Shown here piece after piece: positions 11,542 to 23,196 of a stretch of 64,000 nt of DNA. The notes under the pieces were generated by a model that made no database searches, was not told the origin of the DNA, and saw only the letters and a program-made list of their open reading frames with translations. A program made the position numbers and the translations under genes. The DNA comes from Schizosaccharomyces osmophilus (taxonomy: Eukaryota), in the NCBI RefSeq assembly GCF_027921745.1, contig NC_079238.1:2108001-2172000 (forward strand), written 5' to 3'. Position 1 is the first letter of the stretch. Every line of letters starts with the position of its first letter.

Positions 11542-13259
11542 TTACTGACGTCCTGTGCTGAGCTGATAATATTGAAGAGGATGGTGAATGCTTTCTTCCA
11601 AAGTACCCTTCTGTGGATGAGTTAACTCAAAGACACGTGTACATGCAATATGATAATGTCGACCTTTTACAGCATCAACTACTTCCCGGCAACCAGACGA
11701 ATCTGGCGTTATACCTAGTGTGGTTAAAGCTGTGACTAGATTATCGAGTGAGTAGGTTCGATAAGGGCAGCCATGAGCATCACCAGGTCCCAATTGCGGT
11801 CCTGTCAAAATTTGCTGACAACTATAGCCCTTGTAATTTTTCCTGTTACCCTCCAAACCGTAAGAATGGCGAACATTGTAACGATACTCCTTATTAAATT
11901 TGTCATCATTAACATTTGAGAAGCTACGTTTCCAAAAAATGAGAGCTTCCTCAACGGATAAACCAATGTCCTAGAAATTAGTAAAGAATTTTGAAAAGTA
12001 AAATACCTTTAGAAAAAGACCGTATTGAAGACGACTAAAATGACGAAGGTGCTTTTCCTTCCGTAAAACATTATGAAGATGTCTTGCACACAGAGGGAAG
12101 TGAGGTACAAGACTATCAACTTGATCTGCAGTAACTTCACCAGGCTTAGCTGCAGAAACAGTTACCTCTGGTGCTACAAATCCTCTACTAAGATGATTCA
12201 AAATAGGCAAAAGACGATCATCTTCATCTAATCGCGGTAAAGCTTTTGCTGTATTCTCAAGTGATAGTTTCAGATTTTTCTCAAATTCCTCGATAACAAT
12301 ACTGATCTGTTCCGAAAAAGGAACATATGCAAAACCTTTATGAACAAAAACAGCTCTTCGTTCAACCAAGTCAGGTACTTTTATAAATGGTACTTTAAAA
12401 AAAGATTCGTTTTCAACGTTTCGCTGGCAGGCAGCTTGGATTTTACTCAAGTACTGGCTTTTCTCTTCTTTGGAGACTGCATTCCATTGAAAGTTAAGAC
12501 TGTCAACAAAATTTTGGCGCTCCCTCGCCTCTTCGTTGATAAATCTGTATTTGAAAAGAGCAGATTCAGCTCGAAGAAATCGATATCTCAATTCCTCTCT
12601 GTAAGAAGTTAGTATTATTATAACTTAGATATGGTAAAAGGTATTTTAAGAAAAATAAAAGTAAGTTCATTGCTTTGCGCAGTATAAGCCAAAGAATAGA
12701 CCATTGAATCGGGCATCCTAACAAGATATGTCCATTCAACAGGTCTTAACTGTAGCAATCACATAAAACCATTCCTTTAATATCTCCTAATTCCTATAAC
12801 AACTGCACTTACGATCTACTAAATGCTAGCCGTAAAATGAAGTGAGAATAATGGTCTTTCCTACGCTCTTCATCCAGGCCTGCACCTTTAACGACTCTAG
12901 CCATATTACTGCCCATGGGCAAGTGCTTGTCAACGACACGCTTTATAATCATGTCTAACTCCTTTTTTGCCTTATTTCGAAAAAGGGCAGACTCAATTTC
13001 ACCCAGTACTATTTTCCAACAGGATTAGTAGCCGTTTAATTTACTTTAAAGGCGAAGATAGACGCGTTACATTAGTTAAGACGTTTCACTTACCGTAAAG
13101 TCGATCAATTGCCCATGTTTCAAATTCTTCTATACTAACTTCCTCATGCGGTGGATTCAAGTAAAAATTTAATCGTGTAGGGTAACTAACGTTTGTTGAT
13201 ACATCTCTTGCAAAGTTTCTATTTCTTTCTACTGCCCTGCTCTTTGTACTTCGGAACAT
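11542..13259 (-). CDS. spp2: DNA primase large subunit (Pri2). Exons 13259-13094, 13008-12813, 12598-12007, 11970-11542
   Basis: Motifs EEFETWAIDRL, RKDHYSHFILRLAF, HFPLCAR, RLQYGLFLK-DIGLS, YSC, HGCPY and HIAC (Fe-S cysteines). Confidence 0.95.
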
Positions 13260-13691
13260 GGTAGCCTGGCTGGTAATTTTTCGAATTTGGTAATCCAGGA
13301 ACCTATGCGTTGCTTCGGCTTTTACAAGATGAAATCCAGGTTACAATATATAGCTTTCAGTCGATTGTATTTCATTAAAAACATAATTCTTACTCAAAGT
13401 TAGCTGAATGAAATTAATGAAAAAAATATATAAAATGAGTGTAGTAGTTTCAGTCATCGACACTCACAATGATTTTGGATTGGGATGCTGCAGACTCATA
13501 ATTCCTACATACTATGAGATTTATAGTAAATCTGAAAATGATTTAAATATTAAAGTATCAGTAATTTAATTTAAACCTAATAACAAACAGAAATTACTTC
13601 TGCATCTTAATATTTCAAAACTGCTTCTCCACAAGGAGATAATTATTAAGTCCCACTACATTTTTATGCAACCATGACGGCAGTAAAAAGA

Positions 13692-16565
13692 TTACTGCTG
13701 TTGTTGGCGCTTGCTAGGAGGAACGTAGGCTCCTCTTCCTCCTCTAGAAGGAGGCAAGGATTCGCGGGAACTATCAGCTCCAGCACGAGCACGAGGAGGA
13801 ACGTATCTTTGACCACCACCAGCAGGAGGAGCAGCAGGAGGAGCACTACCTTCGGAAGCACCACTACGTTTCCACGCAGCAACAGGTGGAGGAGTTTGAG
13901 CGCCTGAGCCTAAGCCCAAATTGGCTTTCTTGGCAGCAATCTTGCGAGCAGCGTCTTCTTCACGCTTCATTTGCATGAATTGTTGACGTTCGAGCTTCTC
14001 ACTCATTTCTGCTTGCTCACGCTCCCTAGCTTCCTTAGAAGCAAGAGCCTTTTCTTCTGCAGCCTTGCGTTGAGCAGCTTCTTGCTCTGCTCGTTGGCGT
14101 GTTTCTTCTTCTTCTTCAGCTCTTGCAGAAGCTTCTTCAACCTCAGCAACCGCATCAGCTACCTTCTGTTCGTAAATCATCTGGCGTTGTTTCTCACGTT
14201 CAGCCTCTATAACGTCCTTAGTACGAGCATAAGCATCTCGATAGGCCATTTCACGTTCGTCATCAATGCCTTGCTTGTAGTTATGAATAAACGAAGCATA
14301 TTTAGAGAAGGTATGCTTGTCATCCAAAGCTTGTTCATGCTTATGGCCTTGAACCTCTTTGCGCTGCTTCTCTCTTTGGATAAAGGCCTTATGATCTTGT
14401 TCAACTTGCTTTCTAGCATCTTCCTGTAAAAGAGGAATAGCTTCACGACGATAGGCACGTTCCAAATGATCAATTCGTTTACCAATAACACGAAGTCGTT
14501 CATTCATGCTTCTATTTTGTTTCTCAACCTGTTCAATTTGCATAGCTCTCAATCTGTCAGCATCCAAATTCTCCAGTTCGTCAGCGTCAACTTCCAATCC
14601 ACCCTTCGCCTTAAGTTCGTTAGCCAGTTTCTTAGCTTCTTCAATGCGAATAGCTTCCTTTTCGCGACGGATTCTGTCAGCGTTACGCTTCGTAACCTCG
14701 TCTTGAACACGGCGAGATTCAGCTTCAGCTTCTTGTTTCTGTCTGAGAGCACGTTGAGCAGCAAGCTCAGCCTCACGCTGGGTAGCCAAGGTATCAGCTT
14801 GACCACGGCGCAATTCAAGCAAGCTACGTTGAGCAACAACAGCCTTTCTTTCTTGCTCAACACCAGCCAAAGCGCGCTCATAAGCAGCTTCTGATTGCTG
14901 TTTACGAAGAAGATAGAAGTCAGTATCGAAACGCATCAAAACACTGGTAAGTGATTTTCCAATTCGAGAAAGTTGGTTTGTGATGAGCTCGGCAGGGGTG
15001 GATTGCAAAGTTGCAGTGTCCACGTGAGAGCTTACAGGACTAGCGAAGAGATCGGATGCGAATGTAATAGAGTTTTCGATGTGACTGACACGAATTGAGA
15101 AAGCACCCTTTTTGTTACCGTTCATTATAAATTTCTCAATCTGACCATAGGTACATGAGTAAGGTTCATCAAAGGTAGCCAAATCCATAACGAATTTAAG
15201 GGAAACAGCATCATAAACTTGGGAAAGTTGTTGAAAAAGACGAGTGAGAATAACTTGTTGAAGGGGGCGAATGTATTGAGCGGTATCGGTATTCTCAGCC
15301 AATTTCTTCAAAATGGGCTGCAATTTTTTGCAGATGCTTAAAGGATGGAAATCAACTTCCAAAATTCTGTAAAGATCCCGGATAGCGGGATCACAATAGC
15401 TCAAAACATTACGGTTAACAGCGTCCTTTACCAAAGCCTCGCGGTTAGGGGCTTTAGACATGTTCAACAAGATGGCCAAACGAGCGTTCTTGCTTTTAGC
15501 ATCTTCAGCATCAAGAGGAGGACCTGAGAACCTAGAGGCATCAATAATAGGAATTGAAAGAGCACTGAGGATAACAAAGTTGGCTGTGGCAGGCTTTTGA
15601 ACATTAGTGAAGGTAAAGTATCTGCTCCAAGCAGCAGCATGCAACAAGAAATTATCGCAAACCAAAAAGATCTTAATAAGTTTACGGTAATAATTACCAA
15701 GCATGACGGGAGAAGGAGCGCGCTTAGAGAAAGTTAAAAGACTGTGGATATCCTCAATTGAACGGAAAGCCTCCTGCCAAAGCTCCAACTCGACAGCTAC
15801 GTTAAGTTGGGAAAAACGCATGTCCAAGTGACGTTGCATTGTCTCAACGTCGTTCAAATTGATTGAGTGGGGAGCGTTAGAAAACTTGGATGCGTTGCCA
15901 AGGTGAGAACGCAATAACTCACAAAGGCGGCGGAATTCAGTCTTGCGTTGATATTTCAAACAGAATTGGAAGGCGGAGTTAGCAATTAATTGATACATAA
16001 CTTCCAAACGAGCATTATTCCGCAAAATATCAAGAACGGTACGGTAAGCATCCCAAAGGAACTTGAGCCAAGGAGTAACCAAAGCACGGTCGGTTCGGGT
16101 CTTGGACATCTCTCCAGAGACGAAAGACATCATGATGCTTTCCGGAGTCTCAGAAGCCTCCAAATCATCAACAAACTCAACAGAAATCTTGTCAGCTTTA
16201 GTTTGAGCTTCTTGGACCTTTTCATTGGCCAATTCTATGAAACGCTTCACGACATTTTCTATGGCAGTTACCGAGGTATTTTGTACAGCGTTCTTGTACA
16301 TGTAGAGACCCTCTTTGGCAACTTTACCTTTACGTAAAAAGACACAAAGTTCAATAAAGCGCGTCATGATAGGCTCCAAAGAAAAACCTTGGGAATTTCT
16401 GGACCTTTTCAAGACGATGGTCTCGTGAAGGGACTGCAGGGCAGAGCCATGCTGATCAAGAGCAATAAGCTCGTCGGCAAGCTACTTCTGTTAGTATTAT
16501 AAAAAAATCCTCGTGAAACAACGTACTCTTAGCACATTTTCGGGCTTTCCCTGAGGAGGTGCCAT
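13692..16565 (-). CDS. tif301: Translation initiation factor eIF3a (Tif32/Tif301). Exons 16565-16527 and 16481-13692
   Basis: Start MAPPQGKPENVLR/LADEL, PWLKFLWDAYR, ELELWQEAFRSIEDIH, PCI domain and a long charged helix. Confidence 0.96.
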
Positions 16566-16869
16566 GTTGTGCGGTTGTGAACTCAACTAGCTCTAGTAAA
16601 TTTTTTGTATGGAGATTTCTGCGTTGGAGCGCATAGGAGTTGAGGATTCCTTGATTGTATAATATTCAAACTCATTTAATTAATTTATGATACTATAGAT
16701 TGTTATATCGTGTTATTTAATACGATCTTAGTACGAAAGCCAAACGCACTTCCGCAAAGTTGGATACGGAACTTCACCGAGATATAAGGATGAACTTATG
16801 ACCAGGCCATAGGGAAGAAAAGTCTTGAAAATATGCTTTGAAAGGATTCTTAAATAGGCTGAGCTTTTC

Positions 16870-19245
16870 ATGCAGGCGATATCAAATACACTAGATGGTC
16901 CAAGTTTTTCAAGACCGGAGGATCTTGCTTTTCAACCACGAGAGGAAATTCCATATCGAGTGTTTTATCCTGATTTACGTACTGATGAGCCGTTAGAAGT
17001 CGTCGAAGATAGATATTCAGAGTTTGATTCCTCTCTTTTTTCTTACCAGCCGCCTTCTTCGTACGTGGTAAAGACACTTCCGGAAGCAAAAGTCGAAAAC
17101 ATCAAAGTAGTTGATTATCATACTGACTCATTGCCTCCTAAGATTAAGGAATGTGGTTACAATACTACTACAAAATTAGATTTGCCAGAAAACCGTTTTG
17201 AGAGATTCGTAGGTAAGTTAGCTGTGGGCGTTTTGTATTCTACATACCCCATTCTTGAAATGCGGATGCTAACGTTTCTTATAGCTAAAGATCCTTATAA
17301 TGATAGACATTTTCCCGTTTCTTATGATCTGGATGAGCTAGATGCGATGTGGCTGATTTACTATAATGAAGCGCGAGCCTGCTCAGATCCTACTTGGATA
17401 CCTTTGTCCCGTGAATTTCTTGAAATTACTCTTACAATTATTGCTAGGCATTGGCTTTTATTAGATGCATGGATTCCGAAAACTGAGCCTGTTCGTATAG
17501 AAGATGAGCTCGATGGTCGTTGTGTTATTTGCAACGAGTCAGATTGTGAAACAAGTAATGTTATCATATTTTGTGATAACTGTAACATGGCCGTTCACCA
17601 AAATTGTTATGGTATTCCCTTTGTGCCTGAGGGTCAGTGGTTTTGCAAGCGGTGTTTGCTTGCTGCCAGCGATGTCATTTCGTGTGTTTGTTGTCCCGAT
17701 CGTGATGGTGCATTCCGCACAACCATTGACGGTCGTTGGTGTCATACCGTTTGTGGAATGGCAGTCCCCGAAATTTCTTTTCATGATTCTAGTCGCTTGG
17801 ATTTGGTTCGCGATTTTCATGCTATTCCCAAGTCTCGCTGGAAGCTGGTCTGCTGTGTTTGTAAACTGCGCTGGGGTGCTTGTGTGCAATGCTCTGAGAA
17901 AAGTTGCTATACCGCATTTCACATCACTTGTGCCAGACGTGCTGGATTTTATTACAAACTTCATGCTCCTTACGGTAATTATAGCCAAGCAGAAGTAGAA
18001 TGCTTCTGTGATAGACACACGCCTCCTTCCCATCTCGATGGTGCCCTTCATCGGCTTTATCCGCTTGCTGTTCAGTATTACAGAAGAATGGCTTATGATG
18101 TCCCTTTAAACTATGTTGCTTGTCGAGCTCCTTCTATTGTTCCAGAAGAACCTTGGAACTTTCGACCATTACCTCGTTACATAGTAGAAAAAGTAACGTC
18201 GACCCTCAATGATATGCATTTGAATGATAGTATTAATGACTTGGCTATTATCATTATTGACATTTGCAGGTACTATCAAATGAAGCGTAAGTATCGACGA
18301 GATGCGCCTTTGTTACGGTCTCAGAGACTTGCGGATGAACTAGCAAACCTTCCAGTTAATGCGGTCAAACAGCGTGCGCATTTCCTAGGCATTGCAAAGC
18401 GGCTTCGCGAACAATACGAAGAACTTATGTCTATAATAGAATTGACCGCTCGTCGACAACGAGTAAAAAGTGAACTATCTGAACTAAGGAAGCGATTTTT
18501 GACTGTTATATATTTTCCTTTACAAAAACTCATTGAAGATACCTTTGAAAGAATTCGCCAGTTGGATACGGAAGGACTCTTTGCTTCTCCCTTGGAACAC
18601 GGGTGGATTGGATGGATTTCGTTAAAACAGCTGATTATAAGTTATGATGTTGATGATTTGTATTCTTTGGAAAAGTACCTATCACAAATTTGGAATATAG
18701 ATGGACTTATCCAAAGCATAGATGACATGGAGCACCTTACAGCCGTTGTGCAATTGGCTCAGCAGTTTGAGCCAAAAGCCAAGGATATACTCCAAGATGC
18801 TCGAAATAGTTCTGAAGCTTTAAAGAAAGATAACCTTGGGAACTTGTCTTTCTTGTCACTAAAATTGGACGGACTGGAATGTGTTGGTTGGCCTGATTGC
18901 TTCGTTGATACTGTGGAACAAGCAAAATTGGAAACTCCTTCAGAAGAAACTTTCGACAGCCTAGAGAGCTTTGTTATGAATCTCAGTTTAGAGGGTAAAT
19001 GCGGTCGATTTGAATTGTCTGACTTCGAGTCGAGTATCCAAAATGGAAAAAAAGATGACGGTATAATCATTCCTGAGACTGCTGCAACGAGAGGAGTGTT
19101 ACAGGAAATTGTCACTAAGAACCATAATTCAGACACCGAAAGGGAAGGATTGAATACTAAGAATGTGGATGGCGCTGAAATGCTTCCAAATGCTGAAAGA
19201 CGAACGCGTTCGATGACCAAAGATAATGAAGCAAATGAAACATAG
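16870..19245 (+). CDS. nto1: NuA3/Mst2 complex PHD finger subunit Nto1 (BRPF-like). Intron 17213-17284
   Basis: EPL-like YDLDELD motif, then PHD (CVIC...CDNC...HQNC...WFCKRC), Zn knuckle and second PHD. Intron GTAAGT...CTAAC...TAG. Confidence 0.92.
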   Translation: MQAISNTLDGPSFSRPEDLAFQPREEIPYRVFYPDLRTDEPLEVVEDRYSEFDSSLFSYQPPSSYVVKTLPEAKVENIKVVDYHTDSLPPKIKECGYNTTTKLDLPENRFERFVGKLAVGVLYSTYPILEMRMLTFLIAKDPYNDRHFPVSYDLDELDAMWLIYYNEARACSDPTWIPLSREFLEITLTIIARHWLLLDAWIPKTEPVRIEDELDGRCVICNESDCETSNVIIFCDNCNMAVHQNCYGIPFVPEGQWFCKRCLLAASDVISCVCCPDRDGAFRTTIDGRWCHTVCGMAVPEISFHDSSRLDLVRDFHAIPKSRWKLVCCVCKLRWGACVQCSEKSCYTAFHITCARRAGFYYKLHAPYGNYSQAEVECFCDRHTPPSHLDGALHRLYPLAVQYYRRMAYDVPLNYVACRAPSIVPEEPWNFRPLPRYIVEKVTSTLNDMHLNDSINDLAIIIIDICRYYQMKRKYRRDAPLLRSQRLADELANLPVNAVKQRAHFLGIAKRLREQYEELMSIIELTARRQRVKSELSELRKRFLTVIYFPLQKLIEDTFERIRQLDTEGLFASPLEHGWIGWISLKQLIISYDVDDLYSLEKYLSQIWNIDGLIQSIDDMEHLTAVVQLAQQFEPKAKDILQDARNSSEALKKDNLGNLSFLSLKLDGLECVGWPDCFVDTVEQAKLETPSEETFDSLESFVMNLSLEGKCGRFELSDFESSIQNGKKDDGIIIPETAATRGVLQEIVTKNHNSDTEREGLNTKNVDGAEMLPNAERRTRSMTKDNEANET

Positions 19246-19703
19246 AGTCTTTCATTTCTGGTTCCCTTGTCATTTGATAAAAAAGGGAAGTTAATTGTGT
19301 TTTAATGCTTGGTTTCTGCGTAAGAGTATTTTTGTTTTTGTTTGGAGATGTCTCCTTTATGAACCACAGGCTTTTTAATTTTTGTAATGAGTTGTCTGAT
19401 TATAATACAACATGAAATAATAATTCCTTTTTTGTTTATTCAAGCTCTTCTATATTAATTCAAGAGTTTCGTATGTATTCTCACTTTATAATTTAATAAC
19501 CGACTGCATAACATTTTGGAATATACGTGTTTTTGAGTGCATTGGCAGAGTAACAAACTCGATTGCAATCTTAATTTAATTTTTACTTGAAATATTCTTC
19601 TAACCTTCTTCTTGCGTTTAATATTTCTTTTTGACATCAGGACTTTATCCACCAAGTGCATTATACTAAAGTGTTTCCTGTAGCAATTGATAGTTCAGCC
19701 AGT

Positions 19704-20490
19704 ATGACAACGTCAATTCTCCAAAGATTTGGTGGATTACTTGAACCTACGAATTTTTATATTGTTTCTGTAGTAGCGTATTCGTCGAGCAACCGCCCAG
19801 AGAATATTGGAGGAATTACAAAAGAGGCCGTTGAACAAGTGGGCCCTTCAATCTTTGCAAAATTACGTGAAGCTTTGGTTAAATCAGCTCCATTAGTGGG
19901 CTTTCCTAGAGTAAGTTTGTATTTGAAAGTTGCATAAAAATGGAAAGAACTAGATCCCTTTTGCATTTACTATACTAACTCGAGTTTTCAAGACCATCAA
20001 TTCGTTACGCGAATTGGCTTTGAATTTTCCAAAAACATTTCCAAATGAATTTAGTCGAGCCTCAGATGAACAAGTAAATACCTCTGTTCGAGGAAAACTA
20101 TATTTTGAAAAGACGTATGGCAAGGTGACAGATCGAGTCCTCAATTCGATGCAATCTTCTTCTTCAGACTTGGGTACGTTAATTTTTGGACTAGAGAAAC
20201 TATATTAAGCTCTTCACTTCTAACTTTTTTGGTGTGCAGCTCATATTGCTATCGACTATGCCTATGGAAAAGTACTTTCCTTCAACGAAGTCATTAGTCC
20301 CTTAGAAACAAGTTTAATGATTATCGCTTCTCTCGTTCCACAAGATGTGAACCCTCAGCTTCGAGGCCATTTGAAGGGTGCTCTGAATCATGGTGCTACG
20401 AAGGAACAAGTAATGGCCGCACGCAACATCTCTGTAGCAATTGCAAAGGATTCTGGAATTGTTTTTCGTGGTGAGGTAGAATCTCTTTAA
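19704..20490 (+). CDS. Carboxymuconolactone decarboxylase/AhpD-like fold protein, about 212 aa. Exons 19704-19910, 19993-20173, 20240-20490
   Basis: Spliced product carries LREALVKSAPLVGFPRTINSL, YAYGKVLS and PQLRGHLKGALNHGAT, typical of fungal CMD-like proteins. Two introns with CTAAC branch points. Confidence 0.85.
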
Positions 20491-21016
20491 ATTTCGCCCT
20501 GAACTATCCGTGCCGTCCCTTGTTGAATGAATGCATAGGCGAAACTTCCATGACTGTATTTCCATTTTGTTTTCATGAATACCAAGTTACAGGGCAACCT
20601 TAAGACTATTGGAGATAAAAGTATTGCAAATCCCTTCGTTCTACGCTGGAAGACCAAAACAGTAAGAATCTTTATAATGACACTACTTATTCACTTGCTA
20701 CAATTGAAATGGCTTTCCGAATCCTTGGGTTACTAGGATTCATCTTACAGAGTTTGTAAGTCAGATTTCTGTGGGCTGTAGAGAGCATAGTCTGCTTCCA
20801 GAAAGCAAGCCAAATAGATTTTATTTCATTCATAAACTACAAATATCAATCCTTTTAATTATGTATATCTCACCAGATTGTATGACCATTCGGTAAATTT
20901 CGGTAATTGATCTTCAAACCTCCGACGGAGTTGACCGAAGTCTGACAAACTATGGATAGTATCATATCACACTTGTAAACAACATTGTGGTCGACACTCT
21001 CAATTTCTCTTTGAAA

Positions 21017-22942
21017 ATGAAGTTCATACTTTATGTATTGGTAAGTAAATATTAGTAGATTATCTCTTACAAACGCCAGGCTTCCATTTTGTTGTTTGGG
21101 TTGTCTGTCTTGTTAAGTCTATACAGCAGCGCCAACGTGTATGCTGCGACGGTAATGATCTCACAGAGTCCAATCCATATTACAATTGGACTTAATGTTT
21201 GTCTCTGCCTCTTTTTTGCAATTGCAAATGCGTTCAAGGCAGTCCTTTTTGGATCCCTACAGACGTTTGAATTGGAGCTGCTGTATGAACAATTTTGGAT
21301 TACTCTTACAGACGCTATGCTTTTTGTAACCACTTTGAGCGCTCCGATATCTATTTCCTTTTTTTTATTGTTAAGCACGCTTATGTTTGCTCGAGTATTT
21401 CATTCAATTTGCGCATTCCGAACTGAAAGACAGCAGGTTCAGTTGACAGAACGTCAATTCCATCTCTTTAACCGACTCACTTGTGCCTTCCTTGTTTTGG
21501 CACTTTTGGACATTACCTTCGTGTATTTGTGCAGCAATAATGAGTACATAGGCGATACTTCGACAAGAATACTTTTTATCTGTGAATTTTCCGTGTTATT
21601 TGTTAATTTGGTTACGGAGGTTATAAAGCTTGGGCTTTATGTTTTTGAAACTCGTCATCCGGAGCAGGTATGGCAAGAAAAGAGCATCTACCTTTTTCGA
21701 CTAGAGGTCCTTCGGGATGCTTTACGTCTTCTTGCATACAGCATCGTACTTGTTTTTCAACTTAGTTATGTGAGTTACCCTATTTATGCAATTCGACAAT
21801 TGTATATTAGCTTTTATTCTCTGTTCCGGCGCCTTCGCGAACATGCTCGGTATCGACAAGCTACTCGTGATATGGATGCTATGTATCCCAGTGCAACTGA
21901 AGAGCAATTATCCAGTTCTGACCGTACATGTACCATTTGTAGAGAAGAAATGTTTCACCCTGACTTTCCTCCTGATAATATAGAGGAAATGGAGCCACTT
22001 CCTAGAGGTTTGGACATGACCCCTAAGCGTTTGCCGTGTGGTCACATCCTTCATCTTCACTGTCTTCGAAATTGGCTTCAAAGACAGCAGACCTGTCCAA
22101 TTTGTCGTAGACCTGTCTTTGGAGAACAAGCGCCTTCCCCTGCAGCTGCTACCGCAAACCCTCTCCCAGTTCCTACTCCTACTGCTGTCGAAGGTACAAA
22201 TCAAAACACTCCACGAACATTTTCACCTGGTTCGGGATTAGGAAATCCTAACATTCAACCGACACATACATTTAGGCCGGGAACTACTGCTCCTTCTTGG
22301 GGTCAGACTCAAAATCTTCATGGTACAATCCCTTTGCGTAACGGATGGAGTATGCTCCCTATACCCGGTGTACACCGTATTCCTGCTAATAACTCCACAA
22401 ACATGCCTGATGGTACAACCGCTGAAGGACATTCTGTTGCAGATCCAAATGTAGCTGGTATTATACCACCCGGATGGCGGATGATATCTGGAAATAACCA
22501 TCCAGTTGCTCCTCCCTTACAGCATGAAGCGCCTGGTTTAGGAAGTCCTTCCGTGGCGGTGCCGAACGTGGATTTACAAATGCAGCCTCCCTTACATGCC
22601 GCACCCCTCGAAATGCAGCGATTTTCTTCTCCCGAAGCAAACTCCATTCAAAGTTTACACCAAAAAATAGACGAAATGCGAAATATGACCGATCGCTTGC
22701 ATTACGATATGCAAGAACTGCGTTCATCAGTACGAAATCTTGGAGTACTGATGAATGAAAATGCTGTTACAGACGGATTTATGGGGCTTGATCAAGATAG
22801 GAGCAACATGTTATCAAATTCTAGGGTAAGGGAGCACTTCAGTCAGCGGCCAACTGCTTCGTCGTCAAGTTCGATGGATGATGATTTGACTCATAGAAAC
22901 CCAAGAAATGTACAATTAGAAACACTAGATGAAGACTTATAA
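21017..22942 (+). CDS. hrd1: ERAD E3 ubiquitin ligase Hrd1. Exons 21017-21040 and 21080-22942
   Basis: N-terminal multi-pass membrane region, RING-H2 CTICREEM...PKRLPCGHILHLHCLRNWLQRQQTCPICR, Pro-rich tail. 39-nt intron. Confidence 0.94.
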
Positions 22943-23196
22943 AGCATATGAAGTTTTGTGATAATGAAAAATTGACGAATTTAGAGAAATATGTTGCTCA
23001 ATAAAATGTTTACGTAACCTTCAATGGAGAATAGATTTTGCAGATTTATTCAGTCTACTTAATTGCGGTTCGAAGACAAAGCAACTACTGTTACTAGCAT
23101 GGAGAAGTTCAAAAATAAATAAATTACTAAACTAAACGTATCCTGAAATGTCGTTTTATCTCATTACTTTCATATACAAGTATTTTTTTGGTAATT

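Noticed and set aside
13062..13067. MCB element ACGCGT in spp2 intron 1
   Set aside because: A single 6-mer outside the promoter is expected by chance.
13664..14894. Multiple long antisense or alternative-frame ORFs over eIF3a (also over ths1, egd2, nto1 and hrd1)
   Set aside because: Shadow ORFs caused by codon bias of the real genes; most start at non-ATG codons.
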